IMG/VR virus record: IMGVR_UViG_3300008111_001458
Source: a virus
Taxonomy: Duplodnaviria > Heunggongvirae > Uroviricota > Caudoviricetes
DNA length: 64,000 nucleotides
Direction: 5' to 3' (one strand)
The notes under the pieces were generated by a model. It saw nothing but the letters and a program-made list of their open reading frames with translations. It was not told where the DNA came from and searched no databases. This document shows positions 1 through 8,506 of this stretch, piece after piece; position 1 is the stretch's first letter, and every line of letters starts with the position of its first letter. Both the position numbers and the translations under genes were made by a program.

Positions 1-1
1 T

Positions 2-535
2 TTTACTCCAGAGTTAGATTGGGAACCTTTACGTAAGGAGATGAAAGAACATGGTGTACGAAATGCTACTCTTATGGCTATTGCTCCAGTTGAGTCTAGT
101 AGTGTTGTTATTAATAGTACTAATGGAATAGAATTACCTATGAGCCTTATTTCTACTAAAGAGTCAAAGGCAGGATCATTTACACAGGTAGTTCCCGAGT
201 ATCATAGATTAAAAAACAAATATCAATTAATGTGGGAACAGCGTGACTGTTCTGGATATCTAAAAACAGCAGCAGTGTTAGCTGCCTATGTAGATCAAAG
301 TATTAGTACCAATACATTCTACAATCCAGCACATTTTATAGATCGTAAAGTTCCAACTACATTAATTGCTAAAAACTTAATGCAAGCTCACATGTGGGGT
401 TTAAAAACTTTCTATTATAGTTTGATTAACAAACAAGGTAGTAAAGCACAAGAAGAAAAAGTTCAGGAAGTCGTTAATTATAATGGCTACCATAATGAAG
501 AATTAGAAGATGATTGCGAGGCATGTAAACTATGA
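2..535 (+). CDS. nrdA: Ribonucleotide reductase class Ia large subunit, C-terminal fragment (5' end of the gene lies outside the window)
   Basis: The frame is open from the window edge. The C-terminus (GLRNATLMAIAPVESSS ... QSISTNT ... LKTFYYS ... DDCEACKL) matches the conserved NrdA tail, including the C-terminal Cys pair. nrdB follows immediately. Confidence 0.75.
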   Translation, partial: FTPELDWEPLRKEMKEHGVRNATLMAIAPVESSSVVINSTNGIELPMSLISTKESKAGSFTQVVPEYHRLKNKYQLMWEQRDCSGYLKTAAVLAAYVDQSISTNTFYNPAHFIDRKVPTTLIAKNLMQAHMWGLKTFYYSLINKQGSKAQEEKVQEVVNYNGYHNEELEDDCEACKL

Positions 536-1632
536 GTACGGCACAGTATAATTTAAACACAAAAACAGACTACCTTAATCGCAAAATGTTCCTTGATCCA
601 GCCGGACCAGTTACTATTCAAAGGTTTGAGGAAGTCAAATATAATAAAATTTCAGACTTTGAAAAAACAGCTAGGGGTTTCTTTTGGGTTCCTGAAGAAA
701 TTAGTCTAGCTAAAGATGCAAATGATTTTAAGGAAGCCAGCGATGCAGTTAAACATATCTTCACTAGCAACCTGCTTAGGCAAACTGCTCTTGACAGTCT
801 GCAAGGCCGCGGCCCAAGTCAAATCTTTACTCCGGTCGTAAGTCTACCAGAACTAGAAGCACTGGTCTATAACTGGACATTCTTTGAAACAAACATCCAC
901 AGTCGCAGTTACAGTCACATTATTCGTAACATTTACAATGTGCCCAAGGATGTATTCAACACAATCCATGACACTAAAGAAATTGTCGACATGGCTAGTT
1001 CAGTAGGTAATTATTATGAATCTTTACATCGTATCAATATGCAAGTTGAACTAGGTATGGATGTCAAAAAAGAAGATCATATTAAAGCAATCTATCTAGC
1101 ACTACATGCCAGTTATGCTCTCGAAGCATTCCGCTTTATGGTATCGTTCGCTACATCACTAGCAATGGTTGAGAATAAGATCTTTATCGGCAACGGCAAC
1201 ATCATCAGTTTGATTCTACAAGACGAATTGCTACACAAAGGATGGACTGCTTGGTTAATCAATCAAGTGGTCAAAGAAGATCAAAGATTTGCCCAGGCAG
1301 CTCGAGAATGTCAAGAAGAAGTAATTCAAATTTACAAAGATGTTATTGCAGAAGAAAAAGGGTGGGCTGACTATCTGTTTAAGAAAGGTCCGGTGATTGG
1401 ATTGAATGCTAACATTCTAAAAGACTTTGTAGACTATACTGCTGTTGGAGCATTAAAAGATATTGGTATTAAATATTGGGATGTTGCTCCTAAAACTACA
1501 CCAATTCCTTGGTTCAATAAACATTCAGACACCAGTAAAAAACAAACGGCTCTGCAAGAAAATGAATCAACTAATTATGTCATTGGTGTAATGAGTGATG
1601 CTCTAAATTATGCAGAGCTTCCAGCAATTTAA
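532..1632 (+). CDS. nrdB: Ribonucleotide reductase small (beta) subunit
   Basis: 366 aa. The N-terminus resembles E. coli NrdB (FFWVPEEISLAKD), and ferritin-like di-iron helices are present. It starts on an ATGA overlap with nrdA. Confidence 0.85.
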   Translation: MSTAQYNLNTKTDYLNRKMFLDPAGPVTIQRFEEVKYNKISDFEKTARGFFWVPEEISLAKDANDFKEASDAVKHIFTSNLLRQTALDSLQGRGPSQIFTPVVSLPELEALVYNWTFFETNIHSRSYSHIIRNIYNVPKDVFNTIHDTKEIVDMASSVGNYYESLHRINMQVELGMDVKKEDHIKAIYLALHASYALEAFRFMVSFATSLAMVENKIFIGNGNIISLILQDELLHKGWTAWLINQVVKEDQRFAQAARECQEEVIQIYKDVIAEEKGWADYLFKKGPVIGLNANILKDFVDYTAVGALKDIGIKYWDVAPKTTPIPWFNKHSDTSKKQTALQENESTNYVIGVMSDALNYAELPAI

Positions 1633-1644
1633 TTAAGTAAAGAT

Positions 1645-1812
1645 ATGTATAAAGCACAGTTTAAAAGTAAGAGTCCATACGAATCGTGGACTACTCTTGG
1701 AACATTTGGAACAGAAGCCCAAGCTATCTCTGCTGCTCTACAAAAAAAACAAAAAGGTGCTGTTATGGTTAGAGTTGTTGATAAAAACAACAGCATTGTT
1801 TATTCAAGTTAA
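1645..1812 (+). CDS. Small hypothetical protein (55 aa) between nrdB and the glutaredoxin
   Basis: ORF found by hand; it is below the track's size threshold. It exactly fills the nrdB-grx gap. Confidence 0.3.
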   Translation: MYKAQFKSKSPYESWTTLGTFGTEAQAISAALQKKQKGAVMVRVVDKNNSIVYSS

Positions 1813-1821
1813 GGAAGAAAG

Positions 1822-2061
1822 ATGAAAGCAGTAGTATGGAGTAAGTATCATTGTCCATTCTGTGATCAAGCTAAGGCACTGCTCACAGCAAAGGGCATTC
1901 AGTTTGAAGAAAAGAAAATTGGCGATGGATTTACCAAAGAAGATTTATTAGAAGCTGTTCCTAATGCAAGAACAGTTCCACAAATTTTCTTAGATGATAA
2001 GTTAATTGGTGGTTTTACAGAATTAAAAGCATATCTAGCAAAGGAACAAAATGTTAATTGA
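1822..2061 (+). CDS. Glutaredoxin-like thiol-disulfide oxidoreductase, probably the RNR electron donor
   Basis: 79 aa with a CPFC active-site motif near the N-terminus (YHCPFCDQAK). A good RBS (aaggaag) precedes it, and it is adjacent to nrdAB. Confidence 0.8.
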   Translation: MKAVVWSKYHCPFCDQAKALLTAKGIQFEEKKIGDGFTKEDLLEAVPNARTVPQIFLDDKLIGGFTELKAYLAKEQNVN

Positions 2062-2341
2062 TAAAGGCGTAACAGAAGGTGAAGTAGTAACTCTAAAACT
2101 ATCAACTGGTGAAGAGTTAATAGCAAAATTAATTGAGGATGGTGCCCTCTATTACAAATTAAGTAAGCCCATGGTTCTTAGTATGACACAAAAGGGTGTG
2201 GGCATGATGCCTTATCTTTTTACAGTTAATCCAGAAAAAGAAATTAAATTGTTTAAGACCAATGTAGTGGTGTTAGAAGCTACTGACAAAGATTTTGCTA
2301 CTGCATATACGCAACAAACAACAGGAATAGCTCTAGCATAA
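2051..2341 (+). CDS. Hypothetical protein
   Basis: 96-aa ORF translationally coupled to the neighbouring genes. Confidence 0.4.
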   Translation: MLIDKGVTEGEVVTLKLSTGEELIAKLIEDGALYYKLSKPMVLSMTQKGVGMMPYLFTVNPEKEIKLFKTNVVVLEATDKDFATAYTQQTTGIALA

Positions 2342-2342
2342 T

Positions 2343-3371
2343 ATGGTAAAAGCAATACAGAGACTCAAGGATGAAAACACATCCGGTGGTGAGATTGTCG
2401 AAACCGATGGCAACACTACTGTTTATGCTAATGATCGTTTAGTATCTGTTAATACAAGTTTAGTTGGAGAATTCATAGAAGGCGATATACAAGCCAACGA
2501 TGTAACCGCTAACGGAAGCAATGCAGTGTTTGTTCGTTTAATTGGAGTCAACTACACAACTAATAAAGACGAAAGTGGTGCTACTAGAATTGGTGGTAGT
2601 TCGGACGTTTTTGTTGGAGATGATGTTGATCAAGATATTCCTAGTATTAGAGAAGTTGTAACTGCCGACGATCTTGACCTCGATCCTGAAGATCCAGGAG
2701 CTGGCCGAAGAAGGTACGAAGAGCTAGTAAGAAATGGTACTATTAGCAAACGAGAACAAGATGTTGCTTCCCCAAAACCCAGTGGAAAGAAAGATACTGC
2801 TCCTAGTAAATTTACCGGGACACCAACAACTGCCTGCGAAGGAATTGAATTAATAGTTGAACCCCCCGGTCTTCCTCCATTACAGGGATCGGTGTTAGAT
2901 GCTGTTCAATTGTCACCAAGATTCACTGTTGGAAAACTAACTAGAGCTCCTAATATAATTTTTGATCATCCCCTTAAACTTGGTGATTTAAGATTATCAT
3001 TAGCAGAAACTGTGTGTAATTTAAAATTACTAGCAATCAATGTTTTAGAACCTATTTTTTCTAAATACCCAAATGCTTTTATAACAAATACATTTAGACC
3101 TGCATCAACAAGTCAAAAAAGTCAACATGTTACAGGACAAGCGGTGGATTTGCAATTTAGAAATGTCACTAAAGGTGATTATTATATAATTGCTCAAGAT
3201 TTAAAAAATTTAGTCCCTTTTGATCAATTTTTATTAGAATATAAAACTACAGGTACTAGATTACCGTGGATACATATAAGTTTTAGTAAATCCAACAATA
3301 GAAAACAGGTTCTTACTTTGCTTAATGATACAACATATGGTCAAGGACTAATTGATTTACAGGCACAATAA
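2343..3371 (+). CDS. Protein with a C-terminal LAS / peptidase-M15-like (D-Ala-D-Ala carboxypeptidase fold) peptidoglycan hydrolase domain; possibly virion-associated
   Basis: The C-terminal third carries SQHVTGQAVD ... WIHISF, which matches the S-x-H-x-x-G-x-A-x-D ... H zinc signature of the VanY / M15 family. The N-terminal 200 aa are not recognised. Confidence 0.55.
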   Translation: MVKAIQRLKDENTSGGEIVETDGNTTVYANDRLVSVNTSLVGEFIEGDIQANDVTANGSNAVFVRLIGVNYTTNKDESGATRIGGSSDVFVGDDVDQDIPSIREVVTADDLDLDPEDPGAGRRRYEELVRNGTISKREQDVASPKPSGKKDTAPSKFTGTPTTACEGIELIVEPPGLPPLQGSVLDAVQLSPRFTVGKLTRAPNIIFDHPLKLGDLRLSLAETVCNLKLLAINVLEPIFSKYPNAFITNTFRPASTSQKSQHVTGQAVDLQFRNVTKGDYYIIAQDLKNLVPFDQFLLEYKTTGTRLPWIHISFSKSNNRKQVLTLLNDTTYGQGLIDLQAQ

Positions 3372-3781
3372 TGAAAAAATTATTTTGGAACATTTTAGGA
3401 TTTTTAAGTTTGGGTATGGCCTACATAGGTTTGGTAACCCCCGGCATTCCTTACTCACCATTCATTGTATTTTCTGCATATTGTTTTAGCAAAGGCTCAG
3501 AACGTATGCATCGTTGGATCTACAATCATAAGATTTTTGGTCCGTTCTTAACCAACTGGACAGAAAAGCGTGTGTTCCCAACTAAACTAAGATATCTCAT
3601 GTTAGCCATGATGAGTCTAAGTTTAGTGCTGATGTGGACGGGAGGGGTTAAGCCTATAGGGATAATCAGCACAGCAATATTCATGCTTTTAGTTGCAGTG
3701 TGGGCCTGGAGATATCCAGCAACACCAGAAGAACATGATCAAAGAAAATTAGATAATAAGAGGATTGGATGGCTAAAATAA
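3371..3781 (+). CDS. DUF454 / YbaN-like inner-membrane protein
   Basis: 136 aa with 3-4 TM segments. The motif GIPYSPFIVFSAYCFSKGSERMHRW is typical of the YbaN family. Confidence 0.55.
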   Translation: MKKLFWNILGFLSLGMAYIGLVTPGIPYSPFIVFSAYCFSKGSERMHRWIYNHKIFGPFLTNWTEKRVFPTKLRYLMLAMMSLSLVLMWTGGVKPIGIISTAIFMLLVAVWAWRYPATPEEHDQRKLDNKRIGWLK

Positions 3782-4026
3782 CATTGAACGAATTAATTGA
3801 CATTGCTTTTGCTGCCGAGGAAGGGGATCCAATTGAGTGGGGAATCTTTACCAACGGTAAAGAACAAGCAATGACAATGATCGGAACTAGTATCTTAGAA
3901 CAGTTCGACAAAGACATTATTACAGATGAAGATAAACTAATACTGTTAGCAACAATTACTAAATTGGTAACAGAAAATATGGTATTAAACACAAAGCTAT
4001 TGACATTGTCTAAAAAAGATAGTTAA
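3769..4026 (+). CDS. Hypothetical protein
   Basis: 85-aa ORF. Confidence 0.4.
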   Translation: MAKITLNELIDIAFAAEEGDPIEWGIFTNGKEQAMTMIGTSILEQFDKDIITDEDKLILLATITKLVTENMVLNTKLLTLSKKDS

Positions 4027-4033
4027 ATAACAT

Positions 4034-4108
4034 ATGAACGATGATTTAACAAGATTCTTAGTTGGTTTTCTTATAGTCGCGGCTGTGCTTTTTATTATAC
4101 TACTATGA
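4034..4108 (+). CDS. Tiny hydrophobic peptide (24 aa)
   Basis: Hand-found ORF MNDDLTRFLVGFLIVAAVLFIILL. It overlaps the next small ORF in an ATGA junction. Confidence 0.2.
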   Translation: MNDDLTRFLVGFLIVAAVLFIILL

Positions 4109-4239
4109 TTTTTAATCTTTTAATTTTAGCATTTGCTGTATACTGTTTAGTAGTATGGATCCATGCGTTAGTAACATACGATTGGACTAAATTTGAAGAG
4201 GATTCAAAAGACGACGATTTTTTGAAACCTTATGAATAA
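4105..4239 (+). CDS. Small membrane peptide (44 aa)
   Basis: Hand-found ORF MIFNLLILAFAVYCLVVWIHALVTYDW... It ends just upstream of the tmRNA acceptor piece. Confidence 0.2.
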   Translation: MIFNLLILAFAVYCLVVWIHALVTYDWTKFEEDSKDDDFLKPYE

Positions 4240-4243
4240 AGAA

Positions 4244-4307
4244 TTGTTGTAATTCCTTCAAAGTGAAGGCATTCTGGACGCGGGTTCGACTCCCGCCAGG
4301 TCCACCA
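4244..4307 (+). ncRNA. ssrA: tmRNA acceptor piece (3' half of the tRNA-like domain: T-arm + acceptor 3' strand + ACCA) of a permuted two-piece tmRNA
   Basis: The sequence ggcattctGGACGCGGGTTCGACTCCCGCCaggtccACCA is near-identical to the 3' end of canonical tmRNA. It ends in a discriminator A plus CCA. No 5' acceptor strand lies upstream, so it is not a tRNA. Confidence 0.6.
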
Positions 4308-4428
4308 ATAGAGATGATTATGAACACTACACAAACTATAAAATTAGCAGGATTTTTTCTAGGAACGTATATTTTATACAGACTAGGATTAGAAGTTTGG
4401 TGTATAGTTTATGGACTACTTTATTGAT

Positions 4429-4646
4429 GGGCCTGACATGGTTTCGACAGGGTGAGATAATAGAGACGGCAACACGGTAGGCGATGACCGTAAATCAAGC
4501 AAATCTATAAATGCAAACGATAATGCATTTGACTTTACAGCAATGAGCTTCACCGGTAACACTGTTGCCAATGACAGCAAATTTGCTCTAGCAGCCTAAG
4601 AAACTGCAAGTCCGGGGTAGCTATACCTTGTAACCCAAAATAGTGA
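4429..4646 (+). ncRNA. ssrA: tmRNA coding piece (5' acceptor strand GGGCCUG, D-loop analogue, resume codon and tag ORF ANDNAFDFTAMSFTGNTVANDSKFALAA, stop TAA at 4597-4599)
   Basis: gggcctgacatggtttcgacaggg matches the canonical tmRNA 5' end GGGGCUGAUUCUGGAUUCGACGGG. GGGCCUG pairs with caggucc of the upstream piece with a G3-U wobble. The reading frame 4514-4599 begins GCA-AAC-GAT (A-N-D) and ends ALAA-stop. Confidence 0.6.
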
Positions 4647-4672
4647 AAAGCCCCCTTGGGGGCTTTTCTTTA
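4646..4672. terminator. Bidirectional rho-independent terminator
   Basis: GC stem agccccc-tt-gggggct followed by a T run. It sits between the tmRNA coding piece (+) and the convergent lipoprotein gene (-). Confidence 0.6.
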
Positions 4673-5134
4673 TTGCGGATAGACTAAAACGTTTTCTTCG
4701 GTTCCGATAATAGGATCAACTATAAGTTTCCCAAATCCTAGCATGGTCTGATTAGTGTTAATAGCAATGTCTTTGTTATTGTTGCTGTTGACTATGGCAA
4801 GATCAGTGCTTTTCCCAATACCATAAATTTGAGTAAGGCTGGGCACAATTACACTAGCCCACCGCAGAGCTGTGTCGCCTGTGCTAGTAGGTTGCTGTAG
4901 CTTAGGACTGTTGTTTTCCGGTGCGCCTTGCTGTAATGCAATTACAGCGGCTACACGAGCCGTGGTGTCGCCACTATTGGCAATAGCTTCTAATGCCTTG
5001 TATCGTGCAATTTCTGCTTCTGCTCTTGCTAGGGCAATATTTTCTTGGGTTTGGGCGTATTGTTGGTAGTTGTTAGATGCACAACCAGTTAGTGTTATGA
5101 CGCAGATGGCGCCGGCGAGAATAGTTTTTCTCAT
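4670..5134 (-). CDS. Lipoprotein (signal peptide with lipobox LTGC)
   Basis: 154 aa. The N-terminus MRKTILAGAICVITLTGCASN fits a lipobox. It is the only minus-strand gene in the first 27 kb. Confidence 0.55.
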   Translation of the reverse strand: MRKTILAGAICVITLTGCASNNYQQYAQTQENIALARAEAEIARYKALEAIANSGDTTARVAAVIALQQGAPENNSPKLQQPTSTGDTALRWASVIVPSLTQIYGIGKSTDLAIVNSNNNKDIAINTNQTMLGFGKLIVDPIIGTEENVLVYPQ

Positions 5135-5246
5135 AATAGTTTCCTTATAAATGATTTTATTTGGAAACTACTTAGATCAACTTACTCCCAATATAATATT
5201 GGCATATAAGGCTTAACAGCGAAAGAATTACTTCGGTAACTTTTTT

Positions 5247-5275
5247 TTGAGTTTTTATTCTAAAGACTATATAAT
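5247..5275 (+). promoter_or_regulatory. sigma70-like promoter TTGAGT-17-TATAAT
   Basis: -35 at 5247-5252 and a perfect -10 TATAAT at 5270-5275. The predicted transcription start coincides with ATG 5283, so the mRNA would be leaderless. Confidence 0.4.
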
Positions 5276-5282
5276 AACTCTT

Positions 5283-6137
5283 ATGAAACGTACCTCTATT
5301 AAAGAACTTTTTGGCGGTGAAGTTGCCTTCACCAAGTTCATCTCTCAAGATATTCAAACTGCCAAACGTTTGATTAATGCTATTTCTGCAGACTATGACG
5401 ATGATTATACAGTCAAACCAGAGGATCATACGATTGATTCAAAACGTGTTGATCTTGTAATCCGCGATTCAGAAAACGTAGTTGCGTATGTAATTGAAAG
5501 CCAAGATTGTACTGGCTGGCTTGATTCAATTCATGCCAGCAAGATTCTTTATTATATGTACGAAAAAGAATGTTCAGAAGGTATTTTACTTTGCGAAGAT
5601 GCAGATGAGCATATCAAAGGATTTGTTCGTTGGTGCAATGAAAATACACCTGTACAGATTTGGTTGATGAGTGCTGTATGTTTTGAAGTTAATAATTCAA
5701 AGTATGTAGACTTCATTCCTTTGATTCGGCCAGGTATGCTTAAAGATAAAAAGATTCGTCGAGTATCATCAAACGGATCTACATCAGCGTCTGTAGACTT
5801 TTCAGAAATGTTACAAGAAAAAGCAGACCAACATCCTGGTTTATTCACGAATGTAAGATCAAGATATCTCAGTACAAATGGTGTAGGAGGATCTGGGATC
5901 AACGTAGGTATTAGTCCACGTAAGAGTGGTTACTTTATGGTTACCATTTGGCATGCAGGCAAATGGAATAATGATAAATTTAGAAATAGTTTTAATGAAT
6001 TTGTTAAAAACGAAACTAATCTAGAACCTAAGTGGCAAGATAGACAGAGTTATGTAAATGTAGATTCTTGGGACGAAGGTATAGAAGTTTATAAAAAATT
6101 TATAGATGGTTTAAAGTCTAAACAGATTGTCGGATAA
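5283..6137 (+). CDS. Hypothetical protein (possible PD-(D/E)xK-like core; unassigned)
   Basis: The track ORF 5247-6137 is trimmed to the in-frame ATG 5283 (MKRTSIKELF) because the promoter lies inside its 5' end. No recognisable family. Confidence 0.45.
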   Translation: MKRTSIKELFGGEVAFTKFISQDIQTAKRLINAISADYDDDYTVKPEDHTIDSKRVDLVIRDSENVVAYVIESQDCTGWLDSIHASKILYYMYEKECSEGILLCEDADEHIKGFVRWCNENTPVQIWLMSAVCFEVNNSKYVDFIPLIRPGMLKDKKIRRVSSNGSTSASVDFSEMLQEKADQHPGLFTNVRSRYLSTNGVGGSGINVGISPRKSGYFMVTIWHAGKWNNDKFRNSFNEFVKNETNLEPKWQDRQSYVNVDSWDEGIEVYKKFIDGLKSKQIVG

Positions 6138-6180
6138 TTTGATATTGAAAAATCCTATTATCGTCATTGAAAAATATTAG

Positions 6181-6200
6181 ACAAAATCTATAGATTTTGT
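6181..6200. promoter_or_regulatory. Perfect 20-bp palindrome ACAAAATCTATAGATTTTGT (candidate operator) upstream of ahpC
   Basis: Exact inverted repeat lying immediately 5' of the -35 element. Confidence 0.45.
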
Positions 6201-6236
6201 TTGATTTATAGGATAACTAAATGTATAGTTATACAT
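6201..6236 (+). promoter_or_regulatory. ahpC promoter TTGATT-17-TATAGT with a second palindrome ATGTATA-GT-TATACAT overlapping the -10
   Basis: -35 at 6201-6206 and -10 at 6224-6229. The inverted repeat at 6221-6236 overlaps the -10, the usual position for a repressor site. Confidence 0.45.
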
Positions 6237-6283
6237 AGAACTTGTTGTTCTTTACGTTTTCAACACACACTTAAGGAGATAAA

Positions 6284-6817
6284 ATGAAAACAGTTGGTGA
6301 TAAAATTGAAGCATTTGCCGTAACCGGCGTTAATCCTGGTAAAGATGATTTCTTTACCATTACTGAAAAGTCATACGAAGGTAAGTGGAAAGTAATTGTT
6401 TACTATCCAAAAGACTTTACATTTGTATGCCCAACAGAAATCGTAGCATACGATAAATTGAATAGTGATTTTGCCGATCGTGACGCAGTATTACTAACTG
6501 GTTCAACAGATAACGAATTCTGTAAACTGGCATGGCAAGCAGCCCATGAAGATCTTAAAAAAATCAAACATGTTCAGTTTGCTGATACACAGCGTAACGA
6601 ATTGAGCCTTATTGATCAGCTTGGCGTATTCTATGCTCCAGCAGGTGCTGCACTTCGTGCAACATTCATTGTTGATCCAGAGAATGTTATCCAACACATT
6701 ACTGTCAACAACTTGAATGTTGGTCGCTCACCAGAAGAAACACTTCGTGTATTAGACGCATTGCAAACAGGTGAACTTTGTGCTTGCAACCGTACAGTTG
6801 GCGGAGAGACACTGTAA
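6284..6817 (+). CDS. ahpC: Peroxiredoxin (AhpC/Prx1 family, typical 2-Cys)
   Basis: 177 aa with the peroxidatic motif FTFVCPTEI. RBS aaggag is 7 nt upstream. Confidence 0.85.
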   Translation: MKTVGDKIEAFAVTGVNPGKDDFFTITEKSYEGKWKVIVYYPKDFTFVCPTEIVAYDKLNSDFADRDAVLLTGSTDNEFCKLAWQAAHEDLKKIKHVQFADTQRNELSLIDQLGVFYAPAGAALRATFIVDPENVIQHITVNNLNVGRSPEETLRVLDALQTGELCACNRTVGGETL

Positions 6818-7332
6818 TGACTGCTTGGGTAGATCAAATTAAAGAAACTATTCCGGACTATGCTAAAGACACTCGTCTTAACATTGATGCAGTAGTTAAG
6901 CGTTCTACTCTACCCCAAGAAGAAGCAGAAGCTGTTGCTATCGCAGCGGCTTTTGCCACAGGTAATAGTAAACTGTGGACTTGGATGCAGAGTCAGGCAA
7001 TAGATAAGAAAGAAACTGAAGCAGCAGTTACCGCAGCTAGTCTAATGGCCATGAACAATGTATGGTACCCATTCGTTGAAATGGCTGAGGATCCTAATCT
7101 AACAGGATTACCGGCACAGTTGCGTATGAACGCAATTACTACACATGGCGGCACTACTAAAGCAAGATTTGAAGCATATTCTTTATCTGCTAGTATTGTT
7201 GGCAAGTGTCATTTTTGTGTGAAAGCACATTATGAAACACTCAAGCAAGAAGGATATACAGTAGAACAATTACGTGATATTGGGCGCATAGCGGCAGTTA
7301 TCACCAGTGTATCCAGAGTACTAAATAGTTAA
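6817..7332 (+). CDS. ahpD: AhpD-like carboxymuconolactone decarboxylase family protein (alkylhydroperoxidase partner)
   Basis: The start is reset to ATG 6817 (TAATG overlap with the ahpC stop; same frame as the 6778 track ORF). It has a CxxxH motif (KCHFCVKAH) and is adjacent to ahpC. Confidence 0.6.
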   Translation: MTAWVDQIKETIPDYAKDTRLNIDAVVKRSTLPQEEAEAVAIAAAFATGNSKLWTWMQSQAIDKKETEAAVTAASLMAMNNVWYPFVEMAEDPNLTGLPAQLRMNAITTHGGTTKARFEAYSLSASIVGKCHFCVKAHYETLKQEGYTVEQLRDIGRIAAVITSVSRVLNS

Positions 7333-7369
7333 TCGCCGTAACAGAACTGTAATCTTAGGTCTCTTAAAT

Positions 7370-7405
7370 AAGAAGGTACAACATAGTGTTGTACCTTTCT
7401 TTTTA
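7370..7405 (+). terminator. Rho-independent terminator after ahpD
   Basis: 14-bp stem aagaaggtacaaca / tgttgtacc(t)ttctt followed by TTTTT. Confidence 0.55.
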
Positions 7406-7428
7406 TTCACTCACACAAGGAGATTACA

Positions 7429-8454
7429 GTGAAAAAAATCATACTGACACTACTGGCGGCATTGACCGTTTCAGCACATGCAGCGGATCTAACAGGAGCA
7501 GGGGCAACATTTCCTTATCCTATCTATTCAAAATGGGCCGAAGCATATAAAGCAGCAACAGGCATCGGACTCAACTATCAATCAATTGGTTCAGGCGGCG
7601 GCATCCGTCAAATCAAAGCTAAGATTGTAGATTTTGGCGCCAGTGACATGCCACTAAAACAAGACGAATTAGACAAAGACGGTCTAATGCAATTCCCTGC
7701 AATCATTGGCGGAGTTGTGCCGATTGTAAACATTGATGGTATTGGTGCAGGACAACTTAAACTTACCTCAGACATTATTGCTGACATCTATATGGGTAAG
7801 ATCGTCAAGTGGGATCATCCCAGCATCACAGCAATCAATCCAGGATTAAAATTACCTAATGCAAATATCTCTGTGGTTCACCGCAGTGATGGTTCAGGTA
7901 CAACCTTTATATGGACTAACTGGTTAAGCAAGACTAATAAAGAATGGGCAGATAAAGTCAAAGACGGCACCGCAGTCAAATGGCCAATGGGTGTAGGTGG
8001 TAAGGGCAATGAAGGTGTAAGTGCTGTGGTCCAACAACTAAAAAATAGTATTGGTTATGTAGAATATGCCTATGCTAAACGCAACAAGATTCCACACGCA
8101 CAAGTCAAAAATCGTGATGGCAACTTTGTACAGCCTAGCGATGATACATTCAAGGCAGCGGCAGCAGGTGCAGACTGGGCAAATGCTCCAGGGTTCTATC
8201 TATTGCTAACAGACCAAAAAGGCAAGGACGCTTGGCCTATTACAGGTGCCAGTTTCATTCTCATGCATAAGCAACAAGAGGATGCACTAACAGGTCGTGC
8301 AGTTCTTAAGTTCTTTGATTGGAGTTACAAGAACGGCGGGCAGATGGCTACAGATTTAGAATATGTACATCTTCCACAATCTGTTATTACATTAGTACAG
8401 AATCATTGGAAGACTCAGTTAAAAGATAAGGATAGCAACGCTATTTGGAAGTAA
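7429..8454 (+). CDS. pstS: Phosphate ABC transporter substrate-binding protein
   Basis: 341 aa. GTG start with RBS aaggag, a signal peptide, and the PstS-family motifs TFPYPIY ... SIGSGGG ... GASD. Confidence 0.85.
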   Translation: MKKIILTLLAALTVSAHAADLTGAGATFPYPIYSKWAEAYKAATGIGLNYQSIGSGGGIRQIKAKIVDFGASDMPLKQDELDKDGLMQFPAIIGGVVPIVNIDGIGAGQLKLTSDIIADIYMGKIVKWDHPSITAINPGLKLPNANISVVHRSDGSGTTFIWTNWLSKTNKEWADKVKDGTAVKWPMGVGGKGNEGVSAVVQQLKNSIGYVEYAYAKRNKIPHAQVKNRDGNFVQPSDDTFKAAAAGADWANAPGFYLLLTDQKGKDAWPITGASFILMHKQQEDALTGRAVLKFFDWSYKNGGQMATDLEYVHLPQSVITLVQNHWKTQLKDKDSNAIWK

Positions 8455-8464
8455 GCAGTACCCA

Positions 8465-8495
8465 CCGCCAGTGATCACTGGCGGATCTATTTTAT
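8465..8495 (+). terminator. Terminator-like perfect palindrome CCGCCAGTGATCACTGGCGG followed by a T-rich tract
   Basis: 20-bp perfect inverted repeat at 8465-8484 followed by atctatttta. Confidence 0.45.
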
Positions 8496-8506
8496 AAGGA
8501 TTTAAA

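Noticed and set aside
2051-2341. GroES or gp31-like co-chaperonin call for the 96-aa ORF after the glutaredoxin
   Set aside because: No mobile-loop or roof-hairpin motifs and no convincing alignment to GroES or T4 gp31 from memory. Left as hypothetical.
4276-4307. A stand-alone tRNA gene, suggested by the T-arm and ACCA
   Set aside because: No complementary 5' acceptor strand, D-arm or anticodon arm in the 90 nt upstream. The 5' partner GGGCCUG lies 120 nt downstream at the start of a tag-encoding RNA, so it reads as the tmRNA acceptor piece.
4244-4307. An attP-like remnant of a host ssrA 3' end (integration-site mimic)
   Set aside because: A complete co-oriented coding piece with a canonical tmRNA 5' end, resume codon, ANDN...ALAA tag frame and terminator follows. 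No integrase is recognisable in the window.
7333-7428. A Pho box upstream of pstS
   Set aside because: Only a single CTGTAAT half-site-like sequence was found, with no direct-repeat PhoB-box architecture. The region is dominated by the ahpD terminator.
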